Source: Polyangiaceae bacterium
Lineage (GTDB): Bacteria > Myxococcota_A > Polyangia > Polyangiales > Polyangiaceae
Direction: 5' to 3'
NCBI GenBank assembly: GCA_035063585.1
Contig: JAPSGB010000009.1
Span: 35,980-99,979, forward strand
Length of the DNA stretch: 64,000 nt
This document shows positions 1-6,935 of the stretch, piece after piece. Under the pieces are notes generated by a model that had not been told where the DNA came from, searched no databases, and worked only from the letters and a program-made list of their open reading frames with translations. Every line of letters begins with the position of its first letter. Position 1 is the stretch's first letter. The position numbers were made by a program, and so were the translations under genes.

Positions 1-1
1 C

Positions 2-367
2 CTGTGGCTCTGGGTGGCGCCGAACCCGGACGAGGCCGAGGCGATCGAGGACGCGCGCCCGACGATCGCCTTCTACGCGGGCATCGCGCAGTACGAGTCC
101 TTCTTCGAGGCGCACGGCTTCGGCGCGCAGGCGCGCCGGCTCCAGGAGGCCGTGAAGAGCCGCCGGGCGCTCGCCGCCGGCGCGCTCGTCCCCGACGACA
201 TGGTGCGCGCCTTCGTGCTGTGCGGAAAGCCCGACTCCGTGCGCGCGCGCATCGAGCGCGCCTGGACCGTCGCCGACTCGCTCTGCCTCGTGCCCCCCGC
301 CTACGCCCTCCCGCCCGAGAAGCTCCTCTTCTACGGCCAGGCGATCGCCAAGCTCTTCTACGGCTGA
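2..367 (+). CDS. C-terminal part of a luciferase-like (LLM-class) flavin/F420-dependent oxidoreductase; 5' end outside window
   Basis: Frame of ORF 14..367 stays open to the left edge. The sequence ...RPTIAFYAGIAQYESFFEAHGFG...MVRAFVLCGKPDSVRARIE... resembles the C-terminal helices of LLM-class oxidoreductases. Family call is from memory. Confidence 0.5.
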   Translation: MWLWVAPNPDEAEAIEDARPTIAFYAGIAQYESFFEAHGFGAQARRLQEAVKSRRALAAGALVPDDMVRAFVLCGKPDSVRARIERAWTVADSLCLVPPAYALPPEKLLFYGQAIAKLFYG

Positions 368-460
368 GCAGGCTCGCTCCGCCGGCCCGTGTTCACGAGG
401 CGCCCGCGCATGCGCGCCGGCGGCGATGAGCGGGCTCCACGCCTCCTGCGATCGGGCCGC

Positions 461-1245
461 TCAGGTCCGCCGCGCCCAGCCCGCGATGAGCAGCGCCACC
501 CCGATGGCCACGAGCGCGAGGGCACGCGGCTCCGGCACGGAGACCAGCTCGAGGAGGCCGAAACCCGCGAAGTTCCTGCCCCCCCGAGGTTGGTGAGGAC
601 CGTGAGCGGGCTCACCAGCAGGAGCCGCCCGGCGCCGCCGGGTGTCAGCTCGTTGCTCCCCGTCCGCACCTGCGGCGCGGTCGCCCCGGGCAGCCACACG
701 CTGGCGGTGCCCGCGGTCCACGTGTCCGAGATCGCGGTCAGGTTGATGCCGAGTTCGCTGCGGGTCTCGGTGACGGCGCCGCCGAGCCGGAGCGGGACGC
801 TCCGGAGGACGAGGCTGTACGCCTGGAGGTCGTAGGGGCCCCGGAACGTGGCCGCCCCGCCGAGCGGGGAGCCCGTGAAGGCGCCCGCGTCGTTGCTGTC
901 CATGTAGACGTAGATCCCGCTGATCGGTACGGCGGCGGGATCGGTGGCCGACGTGATCACGGTGCCGGCGAACGCGGTTCCGGCGTCCACGGTCGCCTCC
1001 AGGTTGCCCAGGGTCTGGCCGGTCGCCCCCGTGGCGGGGAAGGTGACCGCCGGCAGGGCACCGATCTCGACGCGCAGCTGCGCGGAGGTCAGCAAGCCCG
1101 CGGCGGCCGGGCCGGCGGCGAGCAGCGCCAGCGACGAGGAGGCGCGGGAGCCGGCCTCGTGCGCGCGGAGGTCCTGTGTGCCCGCTGCCCATCGCTGATT
1201 CCTCCCCGCTCTCGCCCCCGGGCGCTCTACCATGACCGCGGGCAC
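461..1245 (-). pseudogene. Secreted PEP-CTERM-anchored protein, reading frame broken at a G7 (C7 on +) run at 579-585
   Basis: The protein-like body (signal-like SSLALLAAGPAAAGLL, then a Thr/Gly/Ala/Val-rich beta-type sequence) is in the frame of ORF 358..1245. The sorting signal NFAGFGLLELVS-VPEP-RALALVAIGVALLIAGW-ARRT-stop is in the frame of ORF 461..1192. One extra G in the run joins the two frames. Confidence 0.6.
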
Positions 1246-1454
1246 CAGGGGAAGCGCGGACTCCGCCGGCCAGCCGCCGCCCGGACCGAAGCCCCGGCCG
1301 CGGCGCGAGGATGAGGCGGACAGGTCCGGCGTCGCGACCGGTCCGGACGGGAACCCGCGTCTACCGGGTGCTCCGGCGCCTACCGGGGCGGGATGGCGAC
1401 CCGCTGGAACGGTGCAACGCGCAAACCTGCTGCCGGAAGTGGGTCAGAGGGCCT

Positions 1455-2420
1455 TCACGAACGCCGCTGCCGGAGTGCCAGTCCGGTGAGCCCCGTGATC
1501 AGGAGCAGCATCGCTCCAGGCTCGGGCAGGCTCGCGACACGGAAGCCGAGGAAGGAGCCCTCGTTCGTCGGGTCGCCGCGGCCCCGATACGACGCGGCGA
1601 GGTGGCCGACGACGCTGTAGAACGTTCCCCCCCGGACGCCCCGGTAGGTGTCACTCACGATCGTGTCGTTCCACTCCCGCACGTTCCCGCCCTGATCGAA
1701 GGTCCCGTACGGGCTCGCCGAGTTCACGTAGGCGCCCACCTGGGTCACGTTGCCGACGACGAGCGAGCAGTTCGCGGTGTTCGGCGTCCCTCCCGGTGCC
1801 GCGCAGGTGGTCACCGCGTCCGAGCCCGCCGGGTAGTCGAAGTAGTTCGCCGAGAGCCCGTCGTAGTACGCCGCCTTGTACCACTCGTTCTCGCTCGGCA
1901 GGAAGGTGATTGCGCCGGCGTTGCGCGTCACCGTGAGGCCGTTGCTCGGTGTCGCGGTCCCGCCGAGGAGCGTGTAGGCGCCGGTCTCCGTGTCCCCCAC
2001 GCCCTGCCCGTTTCCGAGCCAGTTCACGAAACGCATCGCGTCGTAGGCCGACACCCAGTTCACCGCCTTGGTCTCCCAGCCGGCCTTCACGGAGTACGTG
2101 TAGCTGCCGGCGGAGCCGCTGCGGGTGATCCCGCCGCTCGTCCCTGCCATCTGGGTGTTGTAGAGCCCGAGCGGGTCCGACACGGCCTTGGCCGTCAGGA
2201 ACTCCGCGTACTGTTCGTTCGTGACCTCGTACTTCCCGATCCGGTAGGGATCCGCGACGGAGCCGCAGCCGGCCGAGTAGCAGTTGCCGGCGGTGTCCGC
2301 GGCGTTGCCGGGGTCACCGATCGGGATCCAGTCGATGGTTACCGCCGAGGCGGGAACCGAGAGGAGCGCGCAGCCAGCCAGGGCGAGCAGCGAGCGCATC
2401 CGAAGCAGCATCTGCCACAT
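1455..2420 (-). CDS. Secreted FGE-sulfatase (SUMF1/EgtB/PvdO-type) domain protein with C-terminal PEP-CTERM anchor
   Basis: Signal peptide MRSLLALAGCALLSVPASA. FGE-type blocks are YRIGKYEVTNEQYAEFL, VNWVSAYDAMRFVNWL, NEWYKAAY, GNVREW, RGGTF and LGFRVA. The C-terminus is LPEP-GAMLLLITGLTGLAL-RQRRS. Confidence 0.85.
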   Translation of the reverse strand: MWQMLLRMRSLLALAGCALLSVPASAVTIDWIPIGDPGNAADTAGNCYSAGCGSVADPYRIGKYEVTNEQYAEFLTAKAVSDPLGLYNTQMAGTSGGITRSGSAGSYTYSVKAGWETKAVNWVSAYDAMRFVNWLGNGQGVGDTETGAYTLLGGTATPSNGLTVTRNAGAITFLPSENEWYKAAYYDGLSANYFDYPAGSDAVTTCAAPGGTPNTANCSLVVGNVTQVGAYVNSASPYGTFDQGGNVREWNDTIVSDTYRGVRGGTFYSVVGHLAASYRGRGDPTNEGSFLGFRVASLPEPGAMLLLITGLTGLALRQRRS

Positions 2421-2486
2421 CCTTTTCCAGGGAGCCGGTGCAGGGTCCAGCCGGCAATGGGTGTTTTATACCGCACTTTGCTGGGG

Positions 2487-3338
2487 TCAGACGGGAGCCC
2501 CTCCCCAGCGGATGCCTCTTCCTATGTGTCCATCCAGGCGGCGGAGTGTCACGCAGGCGGTACGGACACCTGGCAGAAGCCCCCTTGGGGGGGGGGGGGG
2601 GGAAGCAGGTGGCGGCGCGCGGCGCCTCGCGGCCGCGAGCCGGGGTACGCGAGTACGAGCCTGGGGAAGCGCTCTCGTCCACGCCGGCCGGTCACCGCCA
2701 CCGCCGTCGCGAGCGTGCGCGCTCGCTCGCGTGAGCAGCGCGACCAGCGCCGCGAGGCCCGCGAGCGCGCCGCCGGCGCGCGCCACCGCGCGCGGCGAGC
2801 GCGCCGCGAGCGCGACCGCGACCCGGAGCACCGCCCGGCCGCCGGCCGCGACGCCCAGACAGAGCCCCGCGAGCCCGGCCGTGAACCCCGGGTATCCGAT
2901 GAACGCGACGTGGACGAAGTCACGCCACCCGTTGGCGACGAACTCGAGCGCGCCCATCGTGATGAACGAGCCCGAGAGCACGCACACGAGCGCGCTCGTG
3001 AGGTGGAGCGCGACGGCGAGCGTGGCCGCGCCGACCATCAGCCCCGACGCGAGCGCCCGGCCGCGTCGTGACCGCCCGAGCCCGCTCACCACCGCGCCGA
3101 GCGCGCCGAAGCCGAGCGCCGAGCCGGCGACCGTGACGCCGAAGCCGAGCGCGCGCGCGGTGAGCGAGACGGGCGCGCCGCCGAGTAGCGGTACGGCGAG
3201 CGCATCGACGAGGCCGAGCGCGACGCCGAACGTGACGCCGAAGGCGAGCGAGCCCGAGAGCCAGGCGGCGCGGGCGTGAGCCGGAGGGGCGCCCGCCGGC
3301 GCGGACGGCGAAGGAGGACCGAAAGGAATGCGCGGATC
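2487..3338 (-). CDS. Multi-pass membrane protein, function unknown; both ends uncertain (coordinates are stop-to-stop)
   Basis: The ORF track calls 2487..3092 (GTG start). The same frame upstream to 3338 reads as further TM helices (AAWLSGSLAFGVTFGVALGLVDALAVPLLGG...GFGVTVAGSALGFGALGAV) with G/C-ending codons but has no ATG/GTG/TTG. The 3' tail (about 2487-2700) loses codon bias and contains the G16 tract. Confidence 0.45.
   Translation of the reverse strand, partial: DPRIPFGPPSPSAPAGAPPAHARAAWLSGSLAFGVTFGVALGLVDALAVPLLGGAPVSLTARALGFGVTVAGSALGFGALGAVVSGLGRSRRGRALASGLMVGAATLAVALHLTSALVCVLSGSFITMGALEFVANGWRDFVHVAFIGYPGFTAGLAGLCLGVAAGGRAVLRVAVALAARSPRAVARAGGALAGLAALVALLTRASAHARDGGGGDRPAWTRALPQARTRVPRLAAARRRAPPPASPPPPPRGLLPGVRTACVTLRRLDGHIGRGIRWGGAPV
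2587..2602. repeat. Homopolymer G16 (C16 on minus strand)
   Basis: Counted directly: ccccttGGGGGGGGGGGGGGGGaagc. It lies 167-182 nt upstream of the start of the PEP-CTERM/FGE gene (2420) and inside the low-quality tail of ORF 2487..3092. Confidence 0.95.
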
Positions 3339-3454
3339 CTAGGCTACTCATGCGGCGCGCAGGAAATACTCTGCAAGTTCTTCGCCCGAGCCGCCGAGGC
3401 GCGGCTCCTGCCGCCGAGATGGGCTAGGCTCACGCCTCGAACCGCCGGCCGACC

Positions 3455-4480
3455 ATGCCCGAAATCGCAGTCATCCTGAACCCGAACTCCCGCAAGAACC
3501 GCCGCGCCCAGGCGGGGCGCGTCGGTCGGCTCGCCCGCGCGCTCGGCGCGCGCGGGGTGGTTCGCGAGACGCCGAGCCTCGACGCGCTGCCCGAGACGCT
3601 CCGCGAGCTGCTCGCCGACGACGAGCTCCGCTATCTGGTCGCCGACGGCGGAGACGGGTCGCTCCACTGGGTGTTGAACGAGTCGCTGGCGGTGCTCGCC
3701 GAGGCCGCCCTGCGCGCTCGGCCGCTCCCGCCCATCATGCCCACCAACGGCGGCACCATCGACTTCGTGGCGCGCAAGGTGGGCATCCGCGGCGACGCCG
3801 AGAACTTGGTGGGGCGTCTCGCCTCCGAGCTCTCGCTCGGCGCCGCGCCGCAGATCGTCGAGGTCGACACGCTCGAGCTCACCGGGACGCAGCTCCGCCC
3901 GGACGGTCGCGAGCAGCCCTTCCGCAAGCTCGGCTTCGCGCTCGCCGCGGGCGGCATCGGCCAGCGCTTCTTCGACAAGTACTACCGCGAGCGCGAGCTC
4001 GGCGCGGGCGCCATCGTACGCGTGGTCACCCGCGCGGTCGCGAGCCACCTCGCCGAGCGCGCCGGCGCGCCGCTACCCGAGAAGGCGCTCCGCTACGGTC
4101 GCGAGGTCTTCAGCCCGACCCCGGCGCGCGTCACCATCGACGGCGAGCGCGTCCCCGGGAGCCGACACGGCGCCATCCACGCCGGCTCGATCGACGTGGT
4201 GCTCGGCGGCGTGTTCCGTGTCTTCCCGCTCGCGCGCGAGCCCGGCCAGCTCCACTTCCAGGCGGGCGACATCCGCCCCCTCGAGATCATCCGCGCGATC
4301 CCCGAGCTCGTGCGCGGCGGCGCCATCCCGAGCCGACACCTGGTCGAGAAGGCGGGGCGCGAGATGCTCATCGAGGCCGACGGCGAGCTGCTCTGCCCGG
4401 TCATCGACGGCGAGCTCTTCCGCGGCCTCACCCGCCTCGAGGTGCGCGCGGGGCCGCGCGTGCGGGTGCCGCGGGTCTAG
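3455..4480 (+). CDS. Diacylglycerol/lipid kinase catalytic-domain protein (DAGK_cat, YegS/BmrU-like)
   Basis: N-terminus IAVILNPNSRKNR, then the motif YLVADGGDGSLHWVLN (GGDG nucleotide-binding signature of DAGK_cat kinases). 341 aa. Confidence 0.8.
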   Translation: MPEIAVILNPNSRKNRRAQAGRVGRLARALGARGVVRETPSLDALPETLRELLADDELRYLVADGGDGSLHWVLNESLAVLAEAALRARPLPPIMPTNGGTIDFVARKVGIRGDAENLVGRLASELSLGAAPQIVEVDTLELTGTQLRPDGREQPFRKLGFALAAGGIGQRFFDKYYRERELGAGAIVRVVTRAVASHLAERAGAPLPEKALRYGREVFSPTPARVTIDGERVPGSRHGAIHAGSIDVVLGGVFRVFPLAREPGQLHFQAGDIRPLEIIRAIPELVRGGAIPSRHLVEKAGREMLIEADGELLCPVIDGELFRGLTRLEVRAGPRVRVPRV

Positions 4481-4512
4481 CTGGCGGCGGTCCGGCGCGG
4501 CCGGCGGCGCGC

Positions 4513-5562
4513 TCAGGGCACGCGCCGCGTCCACTCGTCGGTCGAGAACTTCGTGCGCACGAGCTCACGCGCGCGCTCGAGCTCGACCTTGCGATAGCTC
4601 CCCGCGCGGGTCGAGTGCCCGGCGCGGAAGGAGTCGAGCAGCGACTCGATGATGGCCGCGCGCGTCATCCCGGTCTGCGACTTCATCGGGTCCACCCGCT
4701 TCACCGCGCTCCTTACGCCCTTGTCGGAGAGCTTCTCCCGGCCGATCCGGATGACCTTTACCATCTTCTCCGCGTCGATGTCATAAGCCATGGTCGCGTG
4801 ATGGAGGACGACCCCGGCGGCGAGCCGTCGCTGGGCGGCGCCGCCGATCTTGCCCTTGTCGGAGGCGATGTCGTTGATGGGCACATAGCGCGCCTTCACG
4901 CCCACGCGCCCGAGCGCCTCCACCACCCAGGCGTCGAGGAACGCGTAGCTCTGGATGAAGCTCATCCCCTCCACGAGCGAGGTCGGCACCACGAGCGAGT
5001 AGGTGATGCAGTTACCCGGCTCCATGAACATGGCGCCGCCACCCGAGACGCGGCGAACCACGCCGATCCCGAATTTTCTCGCGTTCTCCTCGTCGATCTC
5101 GTTCTTGTATGACTGATACGAGCCAATCACGACGAGCGGCGAGTCCCAGTCCCAAATGCGAAAGAGCGGGCCGCGCTCGCCGTCAGCGACCGCGCGGGTC
5201 AGCACCTCGTCGAGCGCGACATGCATCACGGGCGGCAGCGTGACCGGCTCGATGACGTCGAAGACGTGATCTTCGAAGCGCGTGGCCGCGCCCACCGCGC
5301 GCCGCACCGCGACGCCGACCGCCGCGGCGTCGAAGCCGATCATCTCGACCTCGGGCCCGAGCCGCGCGCTGATCGCGGCGGCGAGCTCCGGGCCGCGCAT
5401 GGTCGCGGGCAGGCCCTCGAGCGCCGCGTCGAGCTCTCCGAGCGCCGAGTCCGGCTCGAGGAAGAAATCTCCGGCGACCCGCACGTTCCTGAAGTGTCCG
5501 TCCACGAGCTCGAGCTCGACCGAGACCAATTTTCCACCGGGAACCTTGTACTCACCGCGCAC
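4513..5562 (-). CDS. lplA: Lipoate-protein ligase A, circularly permuted domain order (accessory domain N-terminal)
   Basis: The catalytic core is RRVSGGGAMFMEPGNCITYSLV ... KIGGAAQRR ... HHATM, and lies in the C-terminal two-thirds. The N-terminal ~90 aa (KVPGGKLVSVELELVDGHFRNVRVAGDFFLEPDSAL) matches the segment that is C-terminal in E. coli LplA. Confidence 0.88.
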   Translation of the reverse strand: MRGEYKVPGGKLVSVELELVDGHFRNVRVAGDFFLEPDSALGELDAALEGLPATMRGPELAAAISARLGPEVEMIGFDAAAVGVAVRRAVGAATRFEDHVFDVIEPVTLPPVMHVALDEVLTRAVADGERGPLFRIWDWDSPLVVIGSYQSYKNEIDEENARKFGIGVVRRVSGGGAMFMEPGNCITYSLVVPTSLVEGMSFIQSYAFLDAWVVEALGRVGVKARYVPINDIASDKGKIGGAAQRRLAAGVVLHHATMAYDIDAEKMVKVIRIGREKLSDKGVRSAVKRVDPMKSQTGMTRAAIIESLLDSFRAGHSTRAGSYRKVELERARELVRTKFSTDEWTRRVP

Positions 5563-5788
5563 GGCGCGAACCTACTCACCGGCGAGCCTGCGCGCCACTC
5601 GCGCCCCTCGAGCCCTCGTGACGCTCGTGATCGTCGCTTGATCGAAGCTCAACTCGCGCGTCCCGCTCGGCGGCTCACGAGCGCGCGCCGCCGGCCGCGC
5701 CGTGAAGGCCAAGCCCCGAGCGCCCGCCACCGCGCTGAAAGGAGAATTCGCTGGACATGAGCGCGGGCGGCCGCTCATCCTGGTCGGT

Positions 5789-6865
5789 ATGCCGTCGCGA
5801 ACTTCGCTACTTGGGATGTGCGCGCTGGCGCTCCTCGCAGGCTTCGGCTGCGGCTCCTCGACGGACGAGGCCCCCGCGCGAGACCCGGGCGGCGGCTCCG
5901 CCGGCGTCGGCTCGGCAGGCAGCCCCGGGTGGGGAGGCGAGCCCGGCCACGCGGGCGCGAACGGCTGGGCAGCCGAGGGTGGCGGCGGCGCGGCGGGCTC
6001 GGCCAGCGGCGGCGCGGCGGGCTCGGGAGGCGCGAGCCGCGGAGACGATCCCTGTGGAAAGGCCACGCTCGGCCCCGGTCACTACTGCGCGAAGTCGCTC
6101 GACCCGTCGTCGTCCGACGACGACACGCTCTACGTGTGCTCGGGCTCGCACGGCACGGTCCAATCGCAAGAGACGTGCGCGCTCGGCTGCCGGCAGATGC
6201 CAGACGGCGAGGCCGACCGCTGCGAGAGCAACACGGTCGTACCGGCGCTCATCATCGAGATGCGCGGCGCGTACTTCAACGAGAGCGACATTCGCGCGCC
6301 GCTCGAGGCCGGGTTCGCCTACATGCTCGAGCGCACCGAGGCGCTCACGGGCGTCCACGACACGGGCCTCCCCACCTTGACCATCTACTATTACCCATCG
6401 AGCGAGCGCTTCGCCGAGGGGCTGGCGGGGGTGATCTCCACCTGGGGCGCGGAGGTGTGGGTCCCCGACGGGCACGATCTCACCGGGCCCAGCCAAAACT
6501 TCGTCACGAACCTCTCGGTCCATGAGCTCGCGCACCTCGCGGCGGCGCACTATTTCGGAGGCCCGAACCTCCGGGAGTGGTGTCTCAACGAGGGGCTCGC
6601 CACGTGGATGTCGGGGAAATACTGGAAGTACATGAACGGGGCCCCCGCGAGCTTCCGGGAATATGCGCGCGCGAACCCTGGATATCGGGACCTGAGCTAC
6701 TGCTACACCGGCGAAAAGGGGATCGTCGGCGACGCCCCTTACAAGGTGTGGGCGAGCTACCTCGAGTATCTCGAAGAGACGGACCCCTCCGCGATCGCGA
6801 AGGTCGCGACGGGGGCCGTGCCCTATCAAAACTATGAGGCGGGATGGCGCGCCTGGCTCGAGTGA
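5789..6865 (+). CDS. Lipoprotein: Gly-rich linker, six-Cys module, then a peptidase MA-like (HExxH...E) domain
   Basis: Lipobox LLAGFGC. Linker GGGSAGVGSAGSPGWGGE...GGAAGSGGAS. Cys module DPCGKATLGPGHYCAKSLD...YVCSG...ETCALGCRQMPDGEADRC. Metal site is VHELAHLAAAHYFGGPNLREWCLNEGLATW. The start is taken at ATG 5789, just before the signal peptide; the track starts at 5702. Confidence 0.75.
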   Translation: MPSRTSLLGMCALALLAGFGCGSSTDEAPARDPGGGSAGVGSAGSPGWGGEPGHAGANGWAAEGGGGAAGSASGGAAGSGGASRGDDPCGKATLGPGHYCAKSLDPSSSDDDTLYVCSGSHGTVQSQETCALGCRQMPDGEADRCESNTVVPALIIEMRGAYFNESDIRAPLEAGFAYMLERTEALTGVHDTGLPTLTIYYYPSSERFAEGLAGVISTWGAEVWVPDGHDLTGPSQNFVTNLSVHELAHLAAAHYFGGPNLREWCLNEGLATWMSGKYWKYMNGAPASFREYARANPGYRDLSYCYTGEKGIVGDAPYKVWASYLEYLEETDPSAIAKVATGAVPYQNYEAGWRAWLE

Positions 6866-6935
6866 GCCGCGCGCGCGGGTGGCCGCCGGCGGTGGTCGCC
6901 GCCGGAGGGGATGACCGTTTCGCGGAGGTACTCGA

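Noticed and set aside
405-416. 12-bp perfect palindrome CGCGCATGCGCG between convergent genes
   Set aside because: It is too short and has no loop, such palindromes are expected by chance in GC-rich DNA, and there is no U-tract.
1311-3279. ORFs 1311..3071 (+, 586 aa) and 2284..3279 (+, 331 aa)
   Set aside because: They are antisense to the FGE/PEP-CTERM gene and the membrane-protein gene. Their translations are Arg/Pro/Ala-rich with no domain signatures.
5738-6380. Strong SD-like AAAGGAGAA (5738-5746) followed by ATG 5757 opening a 207-aa ORF in a different frame from the lipoprotein gene
   Set aside because: The translation (MSAGGRSSWSVCRRELRY...RARTAGQPRVAAARRARP) is Arg/Ala-rich sequence, whereas the other frame gives a lipobox, a Cys module and an HExxH domain. 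The SD may still serve the 5702 or 5789 start.
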